A stretch of 32,105 bases of DNA. It comes from a virus. Taxonomy: Duplodnaviria; Caudoviricetes. The position numbers and the translations under genes were made by a program. The stretch spans positions 1 to 32,105 of IMG/VR virus record IMGVR_UViG_3300033516_000059, one strand, 5' to 3'. The notes under the pieces were generated by a model that was not told the DNA's origin, did not search any database, and saw only the letters and a program-made list of their open reading frames with translations. Shown in pieces: positions 17,574 through 26,542 of this stretch (position 1 is its first letter; the number at the start of each line of letters is the position of its first letter).

Positions 17574-18299
17574 ATGCCATACAAAGAGATTTCTGGAATT
17601 TATAAAATAGTAAACAAAACAAATGGTAAGTTTTATTTAGGTAGCAGTAAGTCTATTCATAGTCGCTGGAGCCAACATAAGAAGGAATTAAGAAATAACT
17701 GTCATCATTCACGATACTTACAAAATGCATGGAATAAGTACGGAGAAGATGCATTTAGTTTTGAGATTTATGAGCTTATTAATGTTGAGGAATTAATAAT
17801 AAAAGAACAATACTATCTAGATTCACTTAAGCCATATGATGAAACTATAGGTTATAACATATTACCTACCGCTGGTGGTGGGGATACTATATCTAAAAAT
17901 CCAAACAGAGAAGCTATTATAGAAAAGTTGAGAATTTCTTCTAGAAATGCAATTAATAATATGTCATATTATAAGAAAGTAGAGTGGAAGAAGAAAATAA
18001 GTAATAGTTTAAAAGGAAGAGTTTTTTCGGAAGAACATAGTAAACATAAAAGTGAAGCGCAAATGGGAGAAAAGAATCATCAATATGGTGTAAAGTGGTC
18101 AAAAGAAAGAAGAAAAAATCAAAGTGAATCTCATAAAGGAAAGAATAGCTGTCAGATAATGAGAAAAGTTTGTATATATGGTGTTATATATGAAAGTGTA
18201 TTAAGTGCATGTAGAGCATTAAACATAAAAAGACATCTTATGAGATACCGTTTAGATTCTGGAAAGTATAAAGATTACTCTTATGTTAAACAGCCATAG
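17574..18299 (+). CDS. Free-standing GIY-YIG homing endonuclease (I-TevI/I-BmoI-like) with NUMOD3-type repeats
   Basis: SGIYKIVN..FYLGSS..RWSQH..LQNAWNKYG..EQYYLD..GYN; SEEHSKHKSEAQMGEKNHQYG; C-terminal YESVLSACRAL helix-turn-helix; AT-rich. Confidence 0.9.
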   Translation: MPYKEISGIYKIVNKTNGKFYLGSSKSIHSRWSQHKKELRNNCHHSRYLQNAWNKYGEDAFSFEIYELINVEELIIKEQYYLDSLKPYDETIGYNILPTAGGGDTISKNPNREAIIEKLRISSRNAINNMSYYKKVEWKKKISNSLKGRVFSEEHSKHKSEAQMGEKNHQYGVKWSKERRKNQSESHKGKNSCQIMRKVCIYGVIYESVLSACRALNIKRHLMRYRLDSGKYKDYSYVKQP

Positions 18300-19242
18300 G
18301 TGCTTTAATCGCTGGATGACACTTATAATCAATCAATTCAAAATCTTCAAATTGTAGATTCTCAATATCCTCAAGTGTCTTAATATCTTTCTTGATGTTC
18401 AATTTAGGGAACGGATATGGTGTTCTTGAAATTTGTTCTTTTACTTGATCTATATGATTTAGATAGATATGTGTATCAGCCATAGCACATGTTATAGATC
18501 CAGGCGTCAATCCAGTTATTTTAGCAATAAGATAAGTTAATATTGCATAACTACAAATATTAAATGTGCTACCAAGAAACACATCATTCGATCTTTGAAA
18601 CCACATTAAATGTAGATGTCCATTTTCAACATAGTATTGATGAAGTACATGACATGGCGGCAAAGTCATCATATCAAGTTGATCTGGATTGTATGCCGAT
18701 ACAATCATACGACGATCATTTGGATTCTTTTTCAAGGTTTCAATTACTTGTGCTAATTGATCAATTCCCCCTGCTTGCACACGATTTATGCAAACCACAT
18801 TTGGATTTGGATTTGGATTGTAATATTTTCCCCACGCTCTCCATTGTGCGCCATAAATTGGTCCGCACTCGCCAACTGGATAGTTCAGCCCACGCTTATC
18901 TAAGAACTCCCTAGTGGTATTATCCCGCCAAATATTAACCCCCTTGGCTTCAAGTTTCTTGGAGTCAGTCTCTCCGCGTATAAACCAAAGCAACTCTTCC
19001 ACTACCCCACGAAAGAAAACCTTCTTGGTTGTCAGCACGGGCAGTGAGTTGCGAAGATCGAATTTAAGTTGAGTTCCATATATTGATTTAGTACCAACAC
19101 CAGTACGATCACCCTTAACGCTACCCTCATCAAGAATCTTTTGCAGTAGATGGAGATACTTGTATTCCTCATGTTGCTTTTCTTTTCTAAGACGTTCAAT
19201 GATGGCAAACTCTTCATTAGATACTACGTTAAAGTCGTTCAT
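18286..19242 (-). CDS. thyA: Thymidylate synthase
   Basis: DRTGVGT, ELLWF, GPIYG, DRRMIVSAYN, LPPCH, QRSNDVFLG, DTHIY, MAV end. Start moved to the ATG at 19242 (AAGGA RBS). Confidence 0.95.
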   Translation of the reverse strand: MNDFNVVSNEEFAIIERLRKEKQHEEYKYLHLLQKILDEGSVKGDRTGVGTKSIYGTQLKFDLRNSLPVLTTKKVFFRGVVEELLWFIRGETDSKKLEAKGVNIWRDNTTREFLDKRGLNYPVGECGPIYGAQWRAWGKYYNPNPNPNVVCINRVQAGGIDQLAQVIETLKKNPNDRRMIVSAYNPDQLDMMTLPPCHVLHQYYVENGHLHLMWFQRSNDVFLGSTFNICSYAILTYLIAKITGLTPGSITCAMADTHIYLNHIDQVKEQISRTPYPFPKLNIKKDIKTLEDIENLQFEDFELIDYKCHPAIKAPMAV

Positions 19243-19260
19243 GATGTTCCTTGTCATTTT

Positions 19261-19288
19261 ATTATACGACAGACTGGAAAATAGTCAA
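19261..19288 (-). promoter_or_regulatory. sigma70-like promoter TTGACT-N16-TATAAT (thyA)
   Basis: Near-consensus hexamers in the intergenic gap. Confidence 0.7.
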
Positions 19289-19289
19289 T

Positions 19290-19592
19290 CTACGAAGTAG
19301 CTTTTCGCGCTGCTGGTTCGGTAGCCATTTCGGTCAGGAAGTCTTTGACTGGAAGTTGCGGAACAGGAGATATATTTGTCTCTTTCTGATTTGTTTTATC
19401 TATTATTTCACTTGTAGTCGGAATATCTACCCACGATCCCTGATACCATACTTGAAGTATAGTTTCTTCTTCACGAACTACACTTAATTTAGTTGGAGAA
19501 CCATAGCGCGTATATCCTTCTTTGGGATACACCGGAACACGTTGCTCGCATATGACTGTTCGCTTAAGCCATCGAAGGGGAGGATTGGTCAT
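19290..19592 (-). CDS. Hypothetical protein
   Basis: 100 aa, AAGGAG RBS, fills the operon gap. Confidence 0.65.
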   Translation of the reverse strand: MTNPPLRWLKRTVICEQRVPVYPKEGYTRYGSPTKLSVVREEETILQVWYQGSWVDIPTTSEIIDKTNQKETNISPVPQLPVKDFLTEMATEPAARKATS

Positions 19593-19601
19593 AATGACTC
19601 C

Positions 19602-20102
19602 TTAAACGTGGCGAACTTCGCCTATGATATACGGAACGAACTTAAGCATATCGTTGATAACTTCCTTGTTAGTGCCAGTGAAGAACGGGATACCGTATCT
19701 CTCACATACAATATCGACATTACCCTTACGGTAGAAGCCATCGGGACATCCGACAATCAGCTTCTCGCTATGGGCGAAGATTCCCAATTCCAAGAGACTA
19801 ATAGGCGACTTGGTTGCGGGATCGAAGTAGAGGAATATACAGCTTGCCATTTCAAGCGCAGCCAATTCCCACGATACTTGTTCGAAGAACTGAGGATTGC
19901 TCTTCTCTTGCTTCCATGACGAATCCCACGCTATGCGGCGGGGGTTGAACACAGTTACTTTGCGGTCATCCAGATACTTACCAACTTTCGTCTGCCAATC
20001 CTCCGCAACCCCCATTTCAATTGAACCAGCGAGGAATACCGATCTAGGTACTACTCCATTGACTCGCTTGAGTGTAAGGGTTTCGGGGGCGGTGATAATC
20101 AT
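19602..20102 (-). CDS. Nucleoside 2-deoxyribosyltransferase-like protein
   Basis: VFLAGSI, DWQ, VFNPRR, QVSWE, SPISLLELG, RKGNV. Confidence 0.85.
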   Translation of the reverse strand: MIITAPETLTLKRVNGVVPRSVFLAGSIEMGVAEDWQTKVGKYLDDRKVTVFNPRRIAWDSSWKQEKSNPQFFEQVSWELAALEMASCIFLYFDPATKSPISLLELGIFAHSEKLIVGCPDGFYRKGNVDIVCERYGIPFFTGTNKEVINDMLKFVPYIIGEVRHV

Positions 20103-20110
20103 TGGTGTTC

Positions 20111-20503
20111 CTAGTGTGGGATTTCGTTGAGGATGTTGGTCCAGCCCTGCTTAGGGTTGAAAGACCTGTCATCTATGATGATCTGATAGTAGGGCTTGTT
20201 CTTGACCACGTTATGAAACGGAATCTTGTGTACGCGAAGGTACGCAATCATTTCCTCTTCAAGCGTGCGAGCTACCCATTGCTTCTCCAGAGTGGTTGGA
20301 TGTTGTGTCAACATCTTCCGCTTGATGTTTCCAACCACTTCTGGATTTGAGCGGCAACTGTATATCGTGATTTCATGACCAGCGTTATACAGAGCATTGA
20401 TAGCATCTACACAGCCCGGTTGCGGATCGCGTTCTACCGCTGTGGCAAAGTCCACATCGGGATCAGTGATGGTCCCGTCGAAGTCAATGTAGATGTCTAC
20501 CAT
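20111..20503 (-). CDS. Minimal HAD-superfamily phosphatase
   Basis: IDFDGTI, IYSCR, KP, IIDDR. Confidence 0.8.
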   Translation of the reverse strand: MVDIYIDFDGTITDPDVDFATAVERDPQPGCVDAINALYNAGHEITIYSCRSNPEVVGNIKRKMLTQHPTTLEKQWVARTLEEEMIAYLRVHKIPFHNVVKNKPYYQIIIDDRSFNPKQGWTNILNEIPH

Positions 20504-20506
20504 GAC

Positions 20507-20866
20507 TTACTTTCCGGTTGCGGTCGAATCGACTACCTTGGCTGGAGCCGCAGGGTCTTTGCGACCAGCAGCGAGAAGCGCGGCAAGGTCGATGTTCAGA
20601 CACTTGGCAAGCTCTTCCAAGAGAACTGTTGGGCGCTCCGAAATCTGCTTATGAATTCCCTGGTTGAACTCGGTTGGAGTACGCAGCCACTTACGAGGAG
20701 CGCCACGCTCTTGCTTGACGATTTCGGTGAGGCGATGTGTCATTTCGCCATCATCATAGATTTCAATAAGAACTTCAAAAGCCTTCTTTGGCTTCTGTGG
20801 CTTGGTTGCCTCGTCATCAGGAACATCCTTAGACTGGTCACGTTCTTTTTTTGGGTACTTGGGCAT
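20507..20866 (-). CDS. Hypothetical protein
   Basis: 119 aa, AAGGAG RBS. Confidence 0.65.
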   Translation of the reverse strand: MPKYPKKERDQSKDVPDDEATKPQKPKKAFEVLIEIYDDGEMTHRLTEIVKQERGAPRKWLRTPTEFNQGIHKQISERPTVLLEELAKCLNIDLAALLAAGRKDPAAPAKVVDSTATGK

Positions 20867-20887
20867 GTTTTCTCCTTGTTATGGTGT

Positions 20888-21160
20888 TTACGACTTGGGT
20901 GTAACGAGAAACATCGGCGTCTTTTTACCGACGTATGATCCTAGTTGATTGAATTCGAAGTATTCGTATGCGCCTTCGTAATCTGTCTTAAGAAGTCGCA
21001 TATTTTTACGTATAACTTTTTCGGTGTCATACACCAAGATGAAGTCATGGTCAATGTTCTCAATCATGCCTATGACACAATCATCATAGTTATCCATCTT
21101 TAAAAACTCTTCGTCTGGATAATCGTCCATCAGCCTTTCTAGAATATTTCTTTTCTTCAT
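20888..21160 (-). CDS. Phage hypothetical protein
   Basis: DNYDDCVIG..VYD..AYEYFEFN..GSYVGKKTP. Start placed at ATG 21160, 6 nt after a -10 box. Confidence 0.7.
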   Translation of the reverse strand: MKKRNILERLMDDYPDEEFLKMDNYDDCVIGMIENIDHDFILVYDTEKVIRKNMRLLKTDYEGAYEYFEFNQLGSYVGKKTPMFLVTPKS

Positions 21161-21166
21161 GAACCC

Positions 21167-21194
21167 ATTATAGGGCATGAAAAAATGAAATCAA
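21167..21194 (-). promoter_or_regulatory. sigma70-like promoter TTGATT-N16-TATAAT (probably leaderless)
   Basis: Hexamers read directly; ATG 6 nt downstream. Confidence 0.6.
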
Positions 21195-21610
21195 GAGGCT
21201 ACTTCTATAGGAGTTGCTTGGTCGAAGTTATGACGAAATTTGTGAACGATCTTGTAGTTCTTTTTGTCACTGTACTTCACAACGTCGATCTTTTCCTTAA
21301 GAATCTCGTCAATTGCGATGTCAATGGTGATCAAGTTCCACTTCTTTAAAAAGTAGACGATGGTTTTTAAACGAAGCTCGTCAACCTTGTTAAAGGTACT
21401 TGGCTTGCCCTGGAGTGCAAACAATTCCTTGAAGTGGCAGATCCGGTACTCGGTCTGGTCGCCCTTCTTCACTTCAAAACAGTAGCACGATGGGTAAATC
21501 TTTTTCTTTTCGTGACTTACGACACCCACGCGCTCTAATGTTTCGCAGATGACCGAGAATTCGGTCAGCAATTCAACTTTAATGCCCATGTCTGCGATAT
21601 CGGTACTCAT
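21191..21610 (-). CDS. regA: Translational repressor RegA
   Basis: ETLERVGV..KKIYPSC..YRICHFKELFALQGK resembles T4 RegA; follows gp62; GGAGG RBS before ATG 21610. Confidence 0.85.
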   Translation of the reverse strand: MSTDIADMGIKVELLTEFSVICETLERVGVVSHEKKKIYPSCYCFEVKKGDQTEYRICHFKELFALQGKPSTFNKVDELRLKTIVYFLKKWNLITIDIAIDEILKEKIDVVKYSDKKNYKIVHKFRHNFDQATPIEVAS

Positions 21611-22041
21611 TGTACGCCTCCGAATGATTTGTGGATTTGTTCTGCCCATTCCAAGCCCATGATCTTGACGTACTCACGGGCTTCTTTTATAGAACATTCA
21701 TAGTATTGGGCAATTTCTTCCTCATACTGCTCTTTGTCGGTTTTAGCTTTTATAAACCCGTCAAACGAATTGGTTTCTGGAATCAACTCAATGAGCAGCT
21801 TGTACATATCCTTTTTGTCAAGTACATCTTGAAGATGATTGACGGTGTTGACAAGCGGGCAAAGACCTTCGTTCATAGAAAGGAACCGCATAGCGATGAA
21901 GTTGTTGTAAGCGGCTTCCGCTTCACTTCCTTCAACATCTAGCATGTCACCCTTTTTATAATATTTGATGTCTTTAATAACATCAAAGAGTGCAGTTGAT
22001 TTTGGCTTGTCTTTCTTCTTTAAACCTTCACGTTGTTCCAC
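21607..22041 (-). CDS. gp62: Clamp loader small subunit, gp62-like
   Basis: LFDVIKDI..YNNFIAMRFLSM..EIAQYYECSIKEAREY; synteny with gp44 and regA; GTG start with GAGG RBS. Confidence 0.8.
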   Translation of the reverse strand: MEQREGLKKKDKPKSTALFDVIKDIKYYKKGDMLDVEGSEAEAAYNNFIAMRFLSMNEGLCPLVNTVNHLQDVLDKKDMYKLLIELIPETNSFDGFIKAKTDKEQYEEEIAQYYECSIKEAREYVKIMGLEWAEQIHKSFGGVQ

Positions 22042-22062
22042 GTAAACCTCACTGGTTGTGTG

Positions 22063-22971
22063 TTAGCCTTCTGCGGTCGGAATGTCAGGTCCGTCAACGA
22101 CGGCTTCTGGTGTGGCGGCGGGAGCCGCCTTGCCTCGCTTTGGCTTAGGCGCATTGGCGGCTGCGATTGCAGCCATCATCTGCTGCATCTGAGCCATCAT
22201 TGCTGCGTTCTGTTGGAGAAGCGCATTGTTAGTATCTGAAAGCTGCTTAACAGCCGTAGATTCCTGGTATGGGGTCATTGGCGGTGCCTCTTCTGGAAGC
22301 GGTGCTGCTGTACCACGCAACTTATTCAAAACCTTACCATCGGCACCGCTGAATTGAACACCACGAAGATCATCTGGTGTAATTTCTTCGCCACCAATGG
22401 GTGCATCAGGAATGTATGCTTGTGATGACGCCTGTCCATATTCATCCTGACGCAGAAGCTTAGCTGGGTCTGGTGGGACACTCTGTTGTCCCGGTTGACG
22501 CTGACCACCGAATGGAATATATGTCCAGAAATTTGCTCCTGGGCGAACGGTCTTGACAATTGCAGACAATCTGGTTGCCTTAACAGAGAACTGCAATTGT
22601 GACATTAAATCTGGGCGCTTACGAAACGTAGAAAGAACAATTTGTTTGGCGTTATCTTCATCGTTGGCGTAGATGAAATATACATTTTGCAGACCCGGCT
22701 TGAATGCCTTGGCTTCAACTCTACCAGTTGTGTCAATTGCTACGAAAAAAATCTCTGGCATGGTTTGTTCCTTCTGTGTTGTATCTATTATAGCAGCTTT
22801 TTTATTTTTAACAGGTGTTTTTTTAGCTGCTATTACTGGTGGTTGCATAGGGATGTCATGTAAAGTAGCCTCAAGAGTACCTGTATCGACAGGCACAACA
22901 GCCTCCGGTTTTTGTTCTACCGGTTGCGGTTGTTTACCTGTGAATAATACTTTGAAGAAATCAAAGATCAT
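22063..22971 (-). CDS. Hypothetical protein between gp44 and gp62; alternative start at 22761
   Basis: ATG 22971 is coupled to the gp44 stop (TAATG). Internal ATG 22761 has a GAAGGA RBS. Low-complexity Gln/Ala/Met coiled C-terminus. Confidence 0.7.
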   Translation of the reverse strand: MIFDFFKVLFTGKQPQPVEQKPEAVVPVDTGTLEATLHDIPMQPPVIAAKKTPVKNKKAAIIDTTQKEQTMPEIFFVAIDTTGRVEAKAFKPGLQNVYFIYANDEDNAKQIVLSTFRKRPDLMSQLQFSVKATRLSAIVKTVRPGANFWTYIPFGGQRQPGQQSVPPDPAKLLRQDEYGQASSQAYIPDAPIGGEEITPDDLRGVQFSGADGKVLNKLRGTAAPLPEEAPPMTPYQESTAVKQLSDTNNALLQQNAAMMAQMQQMMAAIAAANAPKPKRGKAAPAATPEAVVDGPDIPTAEG

Positions 22972-23906
22972 TACCCGCAAAGCTCCTTACATATGTTAAT
23001 AATGCATGTTACGAAGTTGATTTCTGGATCAAGAACGATTGAGTGCCAACGAGCAGCATCGCCTACTATGAGCATGATATTCAGTTTCTTTTCAACACTG
23101 ATATCTGCTGCGCGGTTGAATAGGATTTTATACAAGTCATTGTAATCTGTGTTACCAACTATTTCTGAACGAATTGTCTTAACATCCATGGTACGGATAC
23201 ATTCAAGCAACTTATTCTCTACTGCTTCACCTTCCAGAATCTCGTTGTAGTTAAAGATTCCACCAACTGTAAGCTTTTGAAGTGCGTTGATGGTGCGACG
23301 AATGTCTGGATAGAACTTGTTTGCGAGCTTGAGTAAATCTGTTTTGAGATTTGGGGCGGTTACATTCTCTTGTTTGAGAATCTCTGCACAGCGACGAACC
23401 GTGGCGAGCTTCTGTGTCTTTTCGTCAGCCGTGAACGAGAACATCTGACAACGCGACTTGATAGGCTCTGAGATTTTCTTCTCATAGTTGCATGTCAAGA
23501 TAAAGCGACTGTTGTCGATGTACTCTTCCATGGTGTTACGCATGGTGTCCATGGCTTGCCACGTCATACCGTCGAACTCGTCAAGGATGACAACACGAAG
23601 TCCACCAAACGAAGATAGGGAACAGAATGAGTCTACCTTACCACGAATAGTATCTACGCCTTTCTCTTGCGAAGCGCAGATATAGAGAATGTTACCCTCT
23701 TGTGCAATTTCCTTTGCGATCAGCTTTGCACAGGTACTTTTACCGGTGCCAGGGCGACCACAAAATAAAAGATGTTGGAGTGATTTGCTGTCGATGAATT
23801 CTTTGAATTTGGCGAGCATTATCGGATCACCGATAACCTCGTCAAGTTTTTGTGGTCTATATTTATGAACCCAAGGGTCATCGTGTTGGTTTGTATTTTT
23901 ATTCAT
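22971..23906 (-). CDS. gp44: Clamp loader ATPase subunit, gp44/RFC-like
   Basis: PWVHKYRP, Walker A GRPGTGKST, DEFD, SRC, PDIRRTIN. Confidence 0.92.
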   Translation of the reverse strand: MNKNTNQHDDPWVHKYRPQKLDEVIGDPIMLAKFKEFIDSKSLQHLLFCGRPGTGKSTCAKLIAKEIAQEGNILYICASQEKGVDTIRGKVDSFCSLSSFGGLRVVILDEFDGMTWQAMDTMRNTMEEYIDNSRFILTCNYEKKISEPIKSRCQMFSFTADEKTQKLATVRRCAEILKQENVTAPNLKTDLLKLANKFYPDIRRTINALQKLTVGGIFNYNEILEGEAVENKLLECIRTMDVKTIRSEIVGNTDYNDLYKILFNRAADISVEKKLNIMLIVGDAARWHSIVLDPEINFVTCIINICKELCG

Positions 23907-23923
23907 AAATATAATCCACCTCG

Positions 23924-23931
23924 TATAAATA
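23924..23931 (+). promoter_or_regulatory. T4-type late promoter TATAAATA
   Basis: Exact match upstream of an AGGA RBS and the ATG at 23950. Confidence 0.7.
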
Positions 23932-23958
23932 TTATAGGAAGAAATATCTATGAGTCAA
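23931..23958 (-). promoter_or_regulatory. sigma70-like promoter TTGACT-N16-TATAAT (gp44)
   Basis: The -35 lies in codons 2-3 of the opposing endonuclease gene. Confidence 0.65.
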
Positions 23959-24822
23959 GACCATTACGTTTATGTGTATTTTAATCCTTTGATGGAAGGA
24001 CATTATGAAATTGAAAATAGGTCATATAATTATAAACCATTTTATGTTGGATGTGGTAGGGATGAAAGAATATATGATCACCTATCAGAAGCAAAGCAAA
24101 AGAAATATAGTAAAAATAGTTTTTATAATTGGCATAAAATATTTACTATACGAAAAATACTTAAGTGTAATAAAACCCCTATTATTGTGAAAATTAAAGA
24201 TTCTTTAACATGTGAGGACGCTAAAAAATTGGAGGTAAAAATTATAGGTGAATTAGGAAATACATATGATAAAACTGGTATTTTAACAAATCTCACAAAA
24301 GGAGGCGATGGTACTGCGGGGGTTGATCATAAAGGTGAATTTAATCCCATGTATGGTAAAAAAGGTAAATATAATTCTAATTCCTATAAGTATATAGCTA
24401 AAATAAATAACGATTTTATAGAGTTCTATGGTGGAAACGAGAAGAAGGAATTTATCAAAAAACATAATTTATCTGGTTCTAATTTTCAACAGTTGGTTGA
24501 CGGCGATAAAAAGCATCATAGATATATACAGATTAGAAGGTTTGAAAGAAACTCAGTAGTTAACAATTTAGATATTAATTTTCTTTCTTATGAACAAATG
24601 AAAAAAATAAGTTTATTGGAAGAAAAAAGATTATGCAATATTAGAAAAACATCAAATAGAAGGATAAAGATGACTATTTTATCGCCCGATGGAAATGAAT
24701 ATATTACAGATAATTTTTCAAAGTTTTGTAAAAACAACGGAATTACTCGTTGTTATTTACGTGAAGTTGCACAAGGCAAAAGGGAACATTTTCTTGGATG
24801 GAAGTGTAGATATTTAGAGTAA
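23950..24822 (+). CDS. Free-standing GIY-YIG homing endonuclease
   Basis: YVYVYFNP..FYVGCG..RIYDH..LE..GILTNLTKGGDG; NPMYGK; C-terminal helix-turn-helix; very AT-rich. Confidence 0.85.
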   Translation: MSQDHYVYVYFNPLMEGHYEIENRSYNYKPFYVGCGRDERIYDHLSEAKQKKYSKNSFYNWHKIFTIRKILKCNKTPIIVKIKDSLTCEDAKKLEVKIIGELGNTYDKTGILTNLTKGGDGTAGVDHKGEFNPMYGKKGKYNSNSYKYIAKINNDFIEFYGGNEKKEFIKKHNLSGSNFQQLVDGDKKHHRYIQIRRFERNSVVNNLDINFLSYEQMKKISLLEEKRLCNIRKTSNRRIKMTILSPDGNEYITDNFSKFCKNNGITRCYLREVAQGKREHFLGWKCRYLE

Positions 24823-25560
24823 TGTGATAATGTAGTATTCGATATTGAAGAGTTTCTCTACCTTTTTGAGTTGAATAACTTCACGATAGACGTTGAATGA
24901 CGTATCGACTGTCAAGACGCTACTGAAATGTTCCTTGTTGATGGCGACTTTGAAATCTGACGTGACTGGTGTAAGTATCTTTTTCGTAAATGAGTTACCA
25001 CGAACGTCTTTATCTGCTACCGATAGTGTGATGAAGTTGCCGGTCAAGTTGCTTCGAAAGATAATGTGTTTATGTTCAAGCTTTCCAGCCGCACTCAGGA
25101 ACTCTTTAAAGGAGTTGTCACACTTCAATGTCGCCAAAATGGGTGAATCAACGTCGCCATCTTCACCGCGTTTGATCTTGGTTACTTCTGCTCCATAGTA
25201 ATCCAAATAGTTTTCATTGGAACTTATTGAAGCAATCTCTGGCGACATTTTCAATTCAAAACCAGACTTGAAGATTTCGATAAGTCCCACAAAGTCAGGG
25301 AGCTTTGATATACCGAATTTGAAATCCTTTTCCAGTTTAAACCCGTCTAGTAAAGCTGCATCGAACGAAACTCTTGTTGATACAGTACCTACGGCGTTAA
25401 GGGCGTTAATGTACAGTGACTTGGCATCACCTGCCTTGAATTCCAAGACGAGCTTCTCTACTCCTACTTTTGATAGACACCCGAGAGCGCCTATGAAAGC
25501 TTTAGCGTTCTCTTCGGAAAAGGTGCCAGAAAGGGCGGGTTCGTTACTCACAGTTGACAT
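24814..25560 (-). CDS. gp45: Sliding clamp, gp45-like
   Basis: FGISKLPDFVGLIEIF resembles the gp45 segment AIYDLNGFLGILSL; size 248 aa; synteny with gp44, gp62 and regA. Confidence 0.75.
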   Translation of the reverse strand: MSTVSNEPALSGTFSEENAKAFIGALGCLSKVGVEKLVLEFKAGDAKSLYINALNAVGTVSTRVSFDAALLDGFKLEKDFKFGISKLPDFVGLIEIFKSGFELKMSPEIASISSNENYLDYYGAEVTKIKRGEDGDVDSPILATLKCDNSFKEFLSAAGKLEHKHIIFRSNLTGNFITLSVADKDVRGNSFTKKILTPVTSDFKVAINKEHFSSVLTVDTSFNVYREVIQLKKVEKLFNIEYYIITLL

Positions 25561-25618
25561 AATTGGGTTTCCTTCTACCCATTATAGTCACTCGCCAAAG
25601 ATTACAAGACCCTATCTT

Positions 25619-26524
25619 TTAGACAGTTTTTTCAGTCTCTTCTTCTTCCAGTTCTTCTGACTCTTTTGCAGCAAGTGCTTGTTTCAATGCAAGCTTAAGG
25701 GATTCCTTCTCTGGATCTTTTTGCTTCTTCAATCCAAGCTTTGTACGCATAGCCTTGATATGGGTTTCCATTGGTGTATCGACATACTGACTCATATGCT
25801 TACCGAAGTCATCAATTTGATCCTTAAGAGGTTCGATACCAGTGACAACTTGCTGTAGACCGTTATGATCCTTAAACCAGTGGCGAAGAGCTACTGCTCC
25901 AAAAATAGCAGCAACTATTGCAGACAATACAAGGAGATATGGGATCAAGCCAAGTAGCCATGCGACTGTTGCGAGGCACTGAGCGACAATCAACATGATA
26001 ATTGAAATGCCACCAAGGATGGCGGCAGCCTTTGTAGCAATTGGACGAAGCAGAGGGAATCCAAAAGCAACACCACCGGCTACTATGGCAAGAATTCCAC
26101 ATATACCAGCCATCCACCATAGCTTTTCTTTCCAGGCTTCAATCTTAGCATTCTTGAGTTCTTCATCCTTCTCGGCAGACTGTGCTTTATATGACTTAGC
26201 ATTATCTTCCCATTGCTTAGCATATTGCTCAGCAATTTGTGTGCGGAGCATCAATGCTTCTTTTTCAGCAGATAGACGAGCTATGATATCGTTCTTAGCA
26301 GTTGCTTCGGCTGCTTTCTTTTCAGCATCATCAAGTTTCTTTTTAAGACTATCTATATTCTGCTCAGTAGGAGATTGTGTCTTTTCTGGTACAGGAACAT
26401 TTGTAGCTACTGGTTGTTCCTTATCTGGCGGCTTCTGCTGATTACGAGAAGCATCATCTGGACAACCAGTAAACCCACACAATAAAATTCCAGCCATTAA
26501 AACAATCAGTATGTTCTTAATCAT
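25619..26524 (-). CDS. Late lipoprotein with a coiled coil and about 3 transmembrane helices (spanin/lysis candidate)
   Basis: Signal peptide with lipobox FTG-C21, long charged coiled coil, hydrophobic stretches, charged tail. Confidence 0.65.
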   Translation of the reverse strand: MIKNILIVLMAGILLCGFTGCPDDASRNQQKPPDKEQPVATNVPVPEKTQSPTEQNIDSLKKKLDDAEKKAAEATAKNDIIARLSAEKEALMLRTQIAEQYAKQWEDNAKSYKAQSAEKDEELKNAKIEAWKEKLWWMAGICGILAIVAGGVAFGFPLLRPIATKAAAILGGISIIMLIVAQCLATVAWLLGLIPYLLVLSAIVAAIFGAVALRHWFKDHNGLQQVVTGIEPLKDQIDDFGKHMSQYVDTPMETHIKAMRTKLGLKKQKDPEKESLKLALKQALAAKESEELEEEETEKTV

Positions 26525-26542
26525 ATACGGTCCCCTTGCCCG

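Noticed and set aside
18800-18825. Short hexamer repeat encoding NPNPNPN in thyA
   Set aside because: About three in-frame copies in a variable loop; no sign of phase variation.
17574-19242. Group I intron in thyA carrying the GIY-YIG gene
   Set aside because: thyA is continuous through all motifs; the endonuclease is outside it on the opposite strand.
18286-19242. dCMP hydroxymethylase or another base-modifying thyA paralog
   Set aside because: It keeps the dUMP-specifying Asn (FN) and the full canonical ThyA motifs and C-terminus.
25581-25607. gp45 promoter (and the similar site at 13210-13236) as members of the 16-bp promoter class
   Set aside because: TATAAT is present but the TTGTA hexamer is 15 nt away, so these are plausible promoters but were not counted in that class.
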